Assembly (NCBI GenBank): GCA_038046605.1
Contig: JBBSVW010000026.1
Span: 1 to 23,270 of the forward strand
Source of the DNA: Candidatus Micrarchaeota archaeon
GTDB lineage: Archaea; Micrarchaeota; Micrarchaeia; Norongarragalinales; SBBD01
Direction: 5' to 3'
Length of the DNA: 23,270 nt
Shown here: piece by piece, positions 1-9,021 of the stretch
Layout: each line of letters starts with the position of its first letter
How positions within the stretch are numbered: the first letter of the stretch is position 1
The notes under the pieces: generated by a model
The model's database searches: none
What the model was told of the DNA's origin: nothing
Seen by the model: only the letters and a program-made list of their open reading frames with translations
Position numbers and translations under genes: made by a program

Positions 1-1
1 T

Positions 2-310
2 TCATTTGAGCACAGTATATTTTTTTAGTAAATAAACTAAACCGCAAGCAAGTAAATAAGGAAATAAAATATTATATATTGGTAGAAAGGTTAAGTCACA
101 ATCAGCAAACAAGTCGGAAAATAATGGTGCCGATTCTCTTGCCTTTATTAAACCGCCCGGATTTGCTTGAAAGGTAAATTCACAAGAATACAGTGGCAAG
201 AAAAAACCAATAAAAGCGGAGAAAACTATGAAATAAATCAGTTTAACCTTATTTGGTTTTAGAAATTCAATTAGATCGAAGGTTTTTTTGTTGTTCTTAG
301 ATTTTCTCAT
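2..310 (-). CDS. Small hypothetical membrane protein (2 predicted TM segments)
   Basis: 102-aa ORF with two hydrophobic stretches (LIYFIVFSAFIGFFLPL; FLPIYNILFPYLLACGLVYLL) and Cys residues in the loop. It lies 9 nt from the preceding gene on the same strand. Confidence 0.7.
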   Translation of the reverse strand: MRKSKNNKKTFDLIEFLKPNKVKLIYFIVFSAFIGFFLPLYSCEFTFQANPGGLIKARESAPLFSDLFADCDLTFLPIYNILFPYLLACGLVYLLKKYTVLK

Positions 311-319
311 TTTATCACT

Positions 320-688
320 TTATGGGCATATCATCTTTTCAAAAATAGTCCCGTTTTGATCAATTGCAACTGAATTTTCAAATGTCCAAGCTTCAACATA
401 TCTAAGTGGCCAAGAAGATAATTCTATTTCCTTTATTACAAATTTGGGATTTCTGAGTTTTTCAAGTAAATAATCTCTATTTCTCATACCTGAATTAATG
501 ACATATTTTTTAACTTCGTGAATTGCTTCATCATCAGTTGAAATTGCTTTATTTTGACTCAAACTTATAGAAAATGCGTTGGGGCATCCTTTTTGAGGTG
601 GACCGGTTACATAGTAAATGATTATTATTGCTAACACTAGTATCGCCGCCTTCATCAACAAAGATTTATTTATACTTAAACTCGCCAT
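320..688 (-). CDS. Hypothetical protein with N-terminal membrane anchor
   Basis: 122 aa; N-terminal hydrophobic helix AAILVLAIIIIYYV; two Cys (GCP ... ICP); 3 nt downstream of the 905-aa gene, so probably co-transcribed. Confidence 0.75.
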   Translation of the reverse strand: MASLSINKSLLMKAAILVLAIIIIYYVTGPPQKGCPNAFSISLSQNKAISTDDEAIHEVKKYVINSGMRNRDYLLEKLRNPKFVIKEIELSSWPLRYVEAWTFENSVAIDQNGTIFEKMICP

Positions 689-691
689 ATA

Positions 692-3409
692 CTACGCTAC
701 CTCAAGCAAAATTCTTTCTCTTTCTATCAATTTTCCACTCATTACAGTGATTTGAGGGGAATAGTTGCCTGGATTTGTATAATTTTGGTAAATGTAAATC
801 TGAATCGTTTCCATGGAAGAGAGATTGAAAGGAAACAGAGATGATTTATTGTCTTGTTGGGAATTGAAAATCCAAGATATATTTTGGATTGTGAAATTAA
901 GGGTATTTTTAACGTCAATTCTAAATATCCGTTGAGTCAGATTTGCATATACAATTGAGAACTTAGTCACATTCATATCGTTGTCAATTTCGAAAACGCT
1001 ATTGCTCGATGTGTTAGCTGTGTTAAAGCCATCAGTTGCAAGTACGGTAATGGTATAATTTTTACTGTCTTGCAAGGCAGAAGAATTTATTGAGTAAAAT
1101 GTGAGATTATAATCAAATACAAGAGTGGAATACGTTGAACCGTTATCCGCGCTGATTAGGACCGCATAAGAAAGATTATCGCCATCTAAATCAGAAGCGT
1201 TCCATGTCACGTTAAATATTTGGTTTGAAAAGAGTTCTCCCCCAATGGGAGAAATTAAGCTTATAGTGGGCTTGTTTGGAGTTTTATTTACTTGCAGCTT
1301 CACAGTATTATTTTCCTTGAATTGGACTTTAGTAACATTTTCACTATAAGCGAGCAGGAGGACAAACGGGCTTTCATTTGTTGAGGTTGAATTTCCGCCT
1401 GTTGGCAAATATTCGAATGAGAGATCAAATTTCGGATTAAGAAATATAGAATTGTTGCCATCTAAGAGTTCAAGCGAATAATTGCCAGAAGTAAAATCGC
1501 TCCTGTTATAGGCTTCTCCGGTCCCGAGTATGTAGAAGTTTCTGAGAGTAGCTTTTCCCGAAGATCTATTAAATAGCCCGCTGACAAGAATTCGCGAATT
1601 TGCTTGCTCGGGAGTCGAATGAGAGAATTTTTTTAGCAAATGTTCGTATGTGTCAGTTGCAACCCATTTATCGGCTTCAAATGTTTCGTTTTGGAGAGCA
1701 CCCATGAAATTATGCAAAGTTGTGCTTTCTTGAAATCCAGAAAGAGGCGCCAAAGTAGATGTATTGCAGCCAAACCTAAAACAAGCTAGATTAAATTGGC
1801 CACTACTATTTTTCGCATTGGGGCACCCTCCAAATAAACCAAATAGAAAACTATTTTGCTCATTCCACCGTTGAACATCATATTCTTCGCATAGACCGTA
1901 GGTATGCCCAAGTTCGTGAGCCGTTACTGTAGTGAATCTTTCATCTACTAGAATGGTGTCAGTAATCTCGCTGAATAAAGGCATCTGCAAACCAGAAGTA
2001 TCGTTACCTAAACCCGGCCATTGGTTAAACCAGCCATTTGGAACCACTCCAATATTACTTTCAGGAATAAAACCTGTGAAAAAAGTTGAAAGGAGAACAT
2101 TTGTTGCGATATCTAGTAGAACCAAATTTATTAAACGGAGTTCTGATCTAGGAACGTAGCTTGAATTATAAAAAGTGCCGCCGTTAATTTTTATTGCAGT
2201 ATCGGCTATGGGATATGTTTTTCTAATAAACTCCTTGGTAGCAACCAAATCGAAAGGAGTTCTCATAGTCTCGGTTGTTGTAATGTCCCGGTCGACATAT
2301 ATGAACGCTAATTTCAGCTCCCTCGTCTTGGTAACAGTCACATATTTTTCCAGAATCTCCGTCTGCTCATAGCCCTGCGCAAAATGAGTTATTTCGGCTT
2401 TTATCAAAGCATTAGCCTTTGGCTCAGGAGTGTCAAATGGGAAATAAATGGTGAAGTTGTTTCCTCCAACTAAAGTGCCATAATAAGCGTAGCCCACCTG
2501 CTTACCATCATATGTAAGATTTATTGTGATGTTCGTAACGGAGGAGTTTGATGCATTGTATTGCAAAAGGATTTTTGCGTAAGCAGTTTTATTTACGACG
2601 AAGTCCACATTTGGGATCACTTGTGCCGCGGTTAATGAGGCAGAAAGGGATGAAGATGAAACTACGTCTGATGAAACTCTTATGAAATTGAAGTCGTGTG
2701 CTGAAGTGCTTCCTCCAAAAGTTGCGCCATTGCTTTGCCTTGCTCTAAGAGCGATTGATCCCGACCCGCTTATTGAGTCATCTGTCAAGTCGAATACTTG
2801 TTTGGAAGGTATTAATTGCGTCTCGTCGGTAGTATTCCAAACCTTAATCGCATTTCCCTGCATCGAAACCGTGAAATTGAAAATAGTACCAGCTGCGTAT
2901 GAGGAGATTTGTCGTTGTGTCAGTACCGTGCGAACGCCCCCGATAAACTTGGAAAGCGTGACGAAATTAGATACATTATCGTTGATATTATCGATGCTTA
3001 GCATATAAGCATCTGAGGGTTCGGCAATCTGGTTTGTAAAGTTTCCCTTATTCCTAAATACAAAAGCGGCCTGTATATAATTTGAGGCGTGGACCGGCGA
3101 CTCACTTACGAATTTTATTTGGAAGGAAGCCTGGAAGTTCTCGAAATTCGACGCTTTGTAGGTGAATGCAACGCCCCAAGCAGCGAGGGAGGGGCTTGTA
3201 ACTGCAAGCCTCAACGCACTCCCGACCGTTATGACCCGGCTACCATCAGATGGACCGCAAACAACAACGCACTCAGTAGTTGAATTGTGCTCTTGCCATC
3301 GCGTTTGGAAAACAGAATAGTTGTAATTGAAGGTGTCTGTAAAAGTATATGCGCTTATTTTTGTTGAAAACATTAGAAGAAGGAAAATGATTAGAAATGG
3401 TTTATTCAT
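692..3409 (-). CDS. Large secreted multidomain zinc metalloprotease (zincin) with beta-rich lectin/Ig-like domains
   Basis: Signal peptide MNKPFLIIFLLLMFSTKISA; HExxH motif TAHELGHTYGLCEEY and a later Met-turn-like NFMG. The N-terminal region is beta-rich (lectin-like) and the C-terminal region is Ig/PKD-like (PTISLISPIGGE...WNASDLDGDNLSY). Many N-x-S/T sequons. Confidence 0.75.
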   Translation of the reverse strand: MNKPFLIIFLLLMFSTKISAYTFTDTFNYNYSVFQTRWQEHNSTTECVVVCGPSDGSRVITVGSALRLAVTSPSLAAWGVAFTYKASNFENFQASFQIKFVSESPVHASNYIQAAFVFRNKGNFTNQIAEPSDAYMLSIDNINDNVSNFVTLSKFIGGVRTVLTQRQISSYAAGTIFNFTVSMQGNAIKVWNTTDETQLIPSKQVFDLTDDSISGSGSIALRARQSNGATFGGSTSAHDFNFIRVSSDVVSSSSLSASLTAAQVIPNVDFVVNKTAYAKILLQYNASNSSVTNITINLTYDGKQVGYAYYGTLVGGNNFTIYFPFDTPEPKANALIKAEITHFAQGYEQTEILEKYVTVTKTRELKLAFIYVDRDITTTETMRTPFDLVATKEFIRKTYPIADTAIKINGGTFYNSSYVPRSELRLINLVLLDIATNVLLSTFFTGFIPESNIGVVPNGWFNQWPGLGNDTSGLQMPLFSEITDTILVDERFTTVTAHELGHTYGLCEEYDVQRWNEQNSFLFGLFGGCPNAKNSSGQFNLACFRFGCNTSTLAPLSGFQESTTLHNFMGALQNETFEADKWVATDTYEHLLKKFSHSTPEQANSRILVSGLFNRSSGKATLRNFYILGTGEAYNRSDFTSGNYSLELLDGNNSIFLNPKFDLSFEYLPTGGNSTSTNESPFVLLLAYSENVTKVQFKENNTVKLQVNKTPNKPTISLISPIGGELFSNQIFNVTWNASDLDGDNLSYAVLISADNGSTYSTLVFDYNLTFYSINSSALQDSKNYTITVLATDGFNTANTSSNSVFEIDNDMNVTKFSIVYANLTQRIFRIDVKNTLNFTIQNISWIFNSQQDNKSSLFPFNLSSMETIQIYIYQNYTNPGNYSPQITVMSGKLIERERILLEVA

Positions 3410-3470
3410 CAGATTAACCCCATCTAAAGATAATAGACCCTTGCCCCTAAATGCTGAGGATTAAAGTCAC

Positions 3471-3483
3471 TTTTAAAGGTTTC
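3471..3483 (-). promoter_or_regulatory. Putative BRE-TATA promoter of the protease cassette
   Basis: Minus strand reads GAAACCTTTAAAA, identical to the 13-mer at 14157-14169 (+) upstream of tRNA-Tyr. Both lie ~60 nt before the gene start. Confidence 0.5.
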
Positions 3484-3526
3484 TAAAGGAAGCTCTTTAC
3501 GGACGTTTGGTTGATTCAGTTGTTTC

Positions 3527-6500
3527 CTATGCATATTCCGCTAAGCTGAACTGTTTGACTTTTTCATCCTCAAAAATGCTTTTTATTTCGCGTTCAATTA
3601 GCATCAGCCTTTGCTTAAGGTAATCCGGCAGCTCATAGCGTTCTGAAAGCGATTTCGAGAGCTCCAAATATTTGATAATTCCCCCCTTATTAACCGTGAG
3701 CAGCAATTTGCCGCCGCACTTGAAGCATTTCCCCTGGAGGGGCACGCGGCGGAATTTCATGCCGCAATCAACGCAGCGGAATTTTTGCTTTGAGAATCTG
3801 CGAAGGTTGCCATAAAGATCCGGGAAGAAATGAGATAGGATGATCCGCTCGGTTGCATTGCGCACATCAACGGCGGCAATCCTGCCCATCAAACTAAGTT
3901 CCGCCTCCACCTTCTCATTCATATTGGTCAGCTGCACATACCTGGTTTCTATTGGCCCTTCCAATTTCGCAAAATGCGTGTAATCGATGTTTTCATACTG
4001 CGCAGCCGTTTCAAGCCGGTCCTGGACTTTCCCGATTTTTACCTCTCCGGGCGCTGCCAGATTCAGGCTTGCATGGTAGAATTCAAGGGGGTATTTGCGC
4101 ACGCAATCCATCGCATGCGCCTCATCGTCGATTTCATTGGGATCGAGAATCGTTGTAAGAACGAGAAGGGCGTCCATCTGCCCACCGCGGGTTTCGGGAA
4201 GGTAAAGTTTTGAAAAATTGATAAGCCCATCCAGCATCAGCATGTAGGAAAGCTCATCACCATCGCAGTTGCGCCTAGTTGCGCAGTGCAGGTAGGGATG
4301 CGCAATTATGCCACGCATCACGGAAATTCCAACAATGCGGCATATGATCCCTGCGGAAGTATGGGGGGCAATTGCAATTGCATATTTCCCGATAAGGTCG
4401 TTTGGTGTTTTGGCATTGTAAAATGCGCGCATGCCATATTGGTAAACAAGCAGGTCATCGATGAATTTTGAAACACGAAGGAAATATTCGGCGGCATAAT
4501 CCGAGATGATGATGTCCTGCGGGCGCATTTCCACGACCTGATCCAAATTTGCAATGGGATTCCCATCCAAATCGTGCCCGTAGCCCAATTCCTTTAGTTT
4601 TTCCAGGCTTATTGCCATTTCTGAAGGGATAAAATGGGTTCCAGGGATTTCAGTTGCATCAAACCTGCAGGTGCCGTCACGGAAAACCGAAAGGGAATGC
4701 TTGGAGCGAAGGATGCCTTTTTCCATGGGTTCGGGTGTTTTGGTCGCTGAAATCAGCCCCTGAACGGCCTTTACTTCCGTGGGGTCGAATTCCACCTTCT
4801 TTCTTGCCTTTTCGAATTCCTCCTTTAAATTCACAACCTGCTTTTCATATTTTTGCATTGCCGATCCGCATTTCCTGCATTTTTCCTCCTCCATCCCGCC
4901 GATCCTGTTGCATTTTTGGTTGATGCACTTGGAGCGCCGCTCCGATGGCTCAGAGCATGTTTGGCAAACCCTGCCATAAACGCGCTTTCCGCAAATCGGG
5001 CAGATGGATATTTCCATTTCAGCCTCAATCATCCCATTGCCCTTTTCGGAAAGCTCCTGGTGCGCCTTCACCAGGCCCCTTTGCCTTCCCCCCCACTGGC
5101 CAACCGGAAAGAGGGAATGCACTGGCGGCTTCATGCGCCTCTCCTTTGCCTTCTCGGGCCTTCCCTGCGAGGAGCCGATGTAAATGCCGGCCTTTTTTTG
5201 GATTTTTATTCCGCTTGCATCGTTTACTATTTCCATTGAATCCTTTTCCTCAAAAAAAGCAGAATTGAATTTATCCAACGCAAGATTATCCGTCAGCATC
5301 CCCAGGGTTTTTAGGAGGGCAATGGAATTATCCTTGTCAATTACGATTTCATTTCCCTCAACCTTATGGGGGATGCAAATGCGCTCCAGGAGCTCCTTTT
5401 TTCCCTTGGCCCCCTCCTGCATTGGAATCCTATAGCCCTTCACTTCGAACCATTCCTTGATTAGTTTTCCTCCGGAGAGGAATTGGGCCAGCGCCTGGAT
5501 TTCAATTGATGAAAGGTCGTGCCAAAAATAAGTGAATTTGGGCGCAAGTGGAACACCTAGTTTATGCGAGATGGAAAATGCCTCATCCGCGCTCATCGAT
5601 TCTATTTCAACAAGTGTTTTTGAAACACCCTTTGCCGCAAGCTCCTCCAAATACCACTCCTCGCACCATGCGGATGGGACAAGTGGATGGTTTGATTTCA
5701 GGAAATCCCCGTAATTTACAAGCAGGTCCCCAAGAAATAGGATTTTCTCGACCTCGGTCAATACCTCTTTCGCCTCTTTTTCATCCTTGATTTCGCGCAC
5801 TTCGCCGCTTTTGAGCTTGACTATCGGGCCCATTATTGTTGAGCACGGGGTTGCAATGCATCCTTTTCCGGGCCGCTCGATTTTAAGCTGAGTCCCAAAG
5901 GCGATGAAGCTATCAAGAATTATCATCGTGGCAGGATGCACTGCCTTGCTTGCAATTCCGGTGAATCTGGTCCGGCCATACCGCAATCTAAAGCCGCCCC
6001 TTGCCATGGGATAGGAAAATATCGGCCTTCCGGCAACAATTTCATCGATATATCTTTCCACCGGCCTAAGTTCGGTTTTTGTTGCCGCCTTCTTGGCTAC
6101 TTTAATTAGCGATTCAAGCCAGTCCCATTGCAAATGGTTCTTGCGGGCAATTTTTAGCACCTTGGCGGCCTTTAGGCAAATCCCCTCGGAAACAACAAGG
6201 CACATTCCGCCCCGCACCCGGTTGGATTCCACATTCAGCGTATCCTTGTTGACGTTTATCTCGTAGTCTTCCGTAGGTTCACCGGTTATGCAAACAGGGC
6301 AGCTAACAGTTATATGCCTGATTTCCTCGGCTGTAGGAACGTACTGTCCCGCCCTGGTTTTAACGGCGTAAAGATTGCTCTCCTCAATGTATCTGGCAAT
6401 TTCAGTTTCCGATGGCCGGTAATTGCCCACCTTCAGGATTTGCCTGCAAAAATCCGCAAGCAGGACGGAAAATGCCTGCCCGGTTCCTCCCGCCCCGCGG

Positions 6501-6970
6501 ATTGGCCCTGCAAAATATATTGCAAGGAAATCCGTGCCATCCGCATTCTGCTTGATTCTCACCTGTGAAATCCCTTCAATTGGCGCCGACACCACTCCTT
6601 CAGTGAACACGGCAAGCCCCGTGCGGACTGCCTGGTCGATTAGCTTTTCCTTCCTTTCGGTTTGCGTATCGTAAAAAGAGGGCTTGTATGCCCCCTCAAG
6701 GCAGATCTGCCTGGCAATTTCAAAAACCAGCTCCTCCCGCGACCTATTTTCGCTTAGTTTTTCCATAATTTCCGCAACGCCCTTTGGGCCAACAAGTCCT
6801 TCCACCCTGCTATAAATGTCCTTTGCAGGCCTTGTTTCCACGAAATCCTGGGGGTCTAGGTGCCTGCCCCTTGCCTGCGTTGCCAAGTTCCACTGCTCGT
6901 TAAACTTTCCTTCAAGTTCGGCGAAATACTTTTGCATTTCAGGCGATGCTTCCGGCATAAAAATTACCAT
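3527..6970 (-). CDS. polC: DNA polymerase D large subunit DP2 (start may be ATG at 6958)
   Basis: Motifs EGVVSAPIEGI, YFAGPIRGAGGT, GGFRLRYGR, GRPEKAKER, FRDGTCRFD, catalytic RRNCDGDE, Cys zinc fingers and a C-terminal PIP-like QFSLAEY. No intein. Confidence 0.97.
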   Translation of the reverse strand: MVIFMPEASPEMQKYFAELEGKFNEQWNLATQARGRHLDPQDFVETRPAKDIYSRVEGLVGPKGVAEIMEKLSENRSREELVFEIARQICLEGAYKPSFYDTQTERKEKLIDQAVRTGLAVFTEGVVSAPIEGISQVRIKQNADGTDFLAIYFAGPIRGAGGTGQAFSVLLADFCRQILKVGNYRPSETEIARYIEESNLYAVKTRAGQYVPTAEEIRHITVSCPVCITGEPTEDYEINVNKDTLNVESNRVRGGMCLVVSEGICLKAAKVLKIARKNHLQWDWLESLIKVAKKAATKTELRPVERYIDEIVAGRPIFSYPMARGGFRLRYGRTRFTGIASKAVHPATMIILDSFIAFGTQLKIERPGKGCIATPCSTIMGPIVKLKSGEVREIKDEKEAKEVLTEVEKILFLGDLLVNYGDFLKSNHPLVPSAWCEEWYLEELAAKGVSKTLVEIESMSADEAFSISHKLGVPLAPKFTYFWHDLSSIEIQALAQFLSGGKLIKEWFEVKGYRIPMQEGAKGKKELLERICIPHKVEGNEIVIDKDNSIALLKTLGMLTDNLALDKFNSAFFEEKDSMEIVNDASGIKIQKKAGIYIGSSQGRPEKAKERRMKPPVHSLFPVGQWGGRQRGLVKAHQELSEKGNGMIEAEMEISICPICGKRVYGRVCQTCSEPSERRSKCINQKCNRIGGMEEEKCRKCGSAMQKYEKQVVNLKEEFEKARKKVEFDPTEVKAVQGLISATKTPEPMEKGILRSKHSLSVFRDGTCRFDATEIPGTHFIPSEMAISLEKLKELGYGHDLDGNPIANLDQVVEMRPQDIIISDYAAEYFLRVSKFIDDLLVYQYGMRAFYNAKTPNDLIGKYAIAIAPHTSAGIICRIVGISVMRGIIAHPYLHCATRRNCDGDELSYMLMLDGLINFSKLYLPETRGGQMDALLVLTTILDPNEIDDEAHAMDCVRKYPLEFYHASLNLAAPGEVKIGKVQDRLETAAQYENIDYTHFAKLEGPIETRYVQLTNMNEKVEAELSLMGRIAAVDVRNATERIILSHFFPDLYGNLRRFSKQKFRCVDCGMKFRRVPLQGKCFKCGGKLLLTVNKGGIIKYLELSKSLSERYELPDYLKQRLMLIEREIKSIFEDEKVKQFSLAEYA

Positions 6971-7052
6971 TCAAAGGAAAATTGTTTGCAAATGATTTGC
7001 ATAAATCATACATTTCCCCAAATTCTGCTTTATTTTCAAAACATCATTGTTA

Positions 7053-7195
7053 TCCATTTTTCCATATTTTTAATAAATCCATTTTTCATTTTTTCATTCA
7101 TTTTTATCCCATTTTTTTATCCCATTTTTCATTTTTCATTCCCAATTTTGCATAATTCATTATTTATTTTTCCATTTTTTGCTATCCTTTTTTCC
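7053..7195. repeat. Degenerate low-complexity repeat (CATTTTT on +, AAAAATG on -) between DP1 and DP2
   Basis: Many imperfect (C)CATTTTT units; extreme pyrimidine skew on the + strand. Confidence 0.7.
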
Positions 7196-7197
7196 AA

Positions 7198-8721
7198 CTA
7201 ATTTCCTCCCCCTTCCTTGAAATTCATGTGGTCCAATTTTCCGGTGTGCATATTGTAATATGGGAAGATGCAGGGGGTTGGCATATGCCCAAGCCTAACC
7301 TGGTAATCGGTCCTATCCTGCCAGGTGCCCGAATTCACTATGAGCGTCCCGTTGTAGTTTTCGATGTGCCCGTTCTTATGCACATGCCCGAAATGGAACA
7401 TGTCGGGGGTTTCTTCTATCACAAGGTAATCCTTGGATTCTGGCACAAGGGGATCTTCCCCATATAGGGGGGAGAGGTGCTTTCGCTGAAGCAGCCCAAC
7501 AGCCACCTTTTCGGGATGATCGTAGCCATCCTTGTACATTGCGGTATGCGAAATAATCCCATCCAGCGAGGTTCCATGGTACATGAGAAGCTCAAGGCCG
7601 TGCACAAGGTGGGCGGATGGGTTGCCAACAAAATGGATGTTGGAATACCCTTTGAGGGATTCCCAGAATTCCTGCGATAATGCCGGCTGGGGCTCCGCCA
7701 CCCGAACCGCGTCATGGTTGCCAGGGGCAATAATGACTTCTATGTGGTCTGGAATGGTCTTGATGAATTCGCAGAATATCTCGTATTGGGTGTGGATGCT
7801 TTTTGTGACCAGCTGCTTTTCCTGCGAGGGGTAAACCCCAATGCCGTCTACCAGATCGCCGGCAAAACTTATGTATTTTATTTTTCCCGCAATCTCCCTT
7901 TGCTTTGGAGTGCCCTTCCCATTCAGGAATTCAAGCATTTTTTGGAAATTCTCCTGGAGGAAATACTTGGAGCCTACATGCGAATCCGAAAGGAAGCCGA
8001 TTAGCACCTCCTCTTCCGTAAGCTTTTTTGTGCGCTCCTGAAGGAGCCTTCCTGGCCGGACGAAATTTTTTGCGATCAGGAGGGAGGAATCAGTATGGTA
8101 GGTGTCGAATGCAATTACCTCGTCGTTTAGGATCTGGGATGCCTCATAGAAGATGCGGGAATCCTTTGGGACCAAAAGTGTTGCCGTGCTATCGCTATCC
8201 TCGATGTCAAACATCAGGTGGCCATTCTTGGTCACGCGCTTTTCATAAACCATCGCAATAATGCGCGCCTGCTTCCCCTTGAGATGGTTTTTCACATCCC
8301 GGATGGAATAGATGCCCCCGCTTTCCGTTGCCATGCCCCGAAGGCTTTTGCGGTGCTTGTCAAACCGGTCATTGAAATAGCGCACAAAATCCTCCACGCT
8401 TCCGGTGCAGCGGGAATTATTCGTTACGTCGTTCCTGATGGATAGGCTGATGTCGGATCCTATTGATTTAGCGGGAGGATCGTAAAAGGTTTGCTGCAAA
8501 ACCTCGACCTGAACGACCTTGCCCTCAATGGATATGCTTTCCACGATGTCATGGACATGCTGCCCATCGGCTATCATCAGGTTTCGCTTTGAGAGTTCCT
8601 CAATTATTTTTTCAGGTTCGGAGTATTCCATGATGCCAATTAGCGCCTCGGGCGAAACTATGACCTCCTTTTCCTTGAGCCTTTGAAGAATTTGGCCCCT
8701 GTCAAGTGCCATGATGACCAC
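7198..8721 (-). CDS. polB: DNA polymerase D small subunit DP1, proofreading exonuclease (start probably ATG at 8712)
   Basis: Calcineurin-like phosphoesterase motifs SDSHVGS, AGDLVDGIGVYP, PGNHDAVRVAEPQP, YHG, HFGHVH, NSGTWQ, plus an OB-fold region; directly upstream of DP2. Confidence 0.97.
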   Translation of the reverse strand: MVIMALDRGQILQRLKEKEVIVSPEALIGIMEYSEPEKIIEELSKRNLMIADGQHVHDIVESISIEGKVVQVEVLQQTFYDPPAKSIGSDISLSIRNDVTNNSRCTGSVEDFVRYFNDRFDKHRKSLRGMATESGGIYSIRDVKNHLKGKQARIIAMVYEKRVTKNGHLMFDIEDSDSTATLLVPKDSRIFYEASQILNDEVIAFDTYHTDSSLLIAKNFVRPGRLLQERTKKLTEEEVLIGFLSDSHVGSKYFLQENFQKMLEFLNGKGTPKQREIAGKIKYISFAGDLVDGIGVYPSQEKQLVTKSIHTQYEIFCEFIKTIPDHIEVIIAPGNHDAVRVAEPQPALSQEFWESLKGYSNIHFVGNPSAHLVHGLELLMYHGTSLDGIISHTAMYKDGYDHPEKVAVGLLQRKHLSPLYGEDPLVPESKDYLVIEETPDMFHFGHVHKNGHIENYNGTLIVNSGTWQDRTDYQVRLGHMPTPCIFPYYNMHTGKLDHMNFKEGGGN

Positions 8722-8819
8722 TAATTGTTATTTTTCCCTCCAACTATTAATTGCGTTTTTCCCGATTTTAAATAAGCAAAAGATACCTTATTAACCCCCT
8801 TTCCGAAAGTTTAAATCCC

Positions 8820-8846
8820 ATGATAATCCTAGGCTTTGAAAGCACG
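8820..8846 (+). pseudogene. Duplicate kae1 5' fragment (MIILGFEST), interrupted by the hairpin element
   Basis: ATG ATA ATC CTA GGC TTT GAA AGC ACG matches 8 of the first 9 residues of Kae1 at 9022 (MLILGFEST). The frame runs into the element and stops at 8862-8864. Confidence 0.75.
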
Positions 8847-8948
8847 ACACCCCATGGGGGCTAAGCCCCAACACCAAGGGGAAAGATTCCCCCTACCGTG
8901 TTGCCCTACCCCCTCAAGTGCGCCGCCTCCCCCTTATTTAGTCCTTCA
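8845..8948 (+). repeat. Hairpin element copies A (outer, 8845-8948) and B (nested, 8869-8913)
   Basis: Outer: CGACAC-cccat-GGGGGC-taa-GCCC[..]..caa-GTGCGCC-gcctccccc-TTATTTA-gtc-CTTCA. Inner: CAACAC-caa-GGGGAA-aga-TTCCCC-ctacc-GTGTTG-ccc-TACCCCC. Both align with the copies at 10951 and 14717. Confidence 0.8.
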
Positions 8949-9021
8949 AATCAATTGATGATGGGCATATTAACGAAAGCGGGCTTGAAATTAATATTGT
9001 TAAAAAAAACAGGGATTAAAA

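Noticed and set aside
3527-6970. Intein in DP2 and the many antisense/overlapping ORFs
   Set aside because: Length and motif spacing fit an intein-free DP2; the shadow ORFs have no recognisable features.
6860-7201. 113-aa Phe/Ile-rich ORF on +
   Set aside because: Translation of the T-rich repeat, antisense to and overlapping polC.
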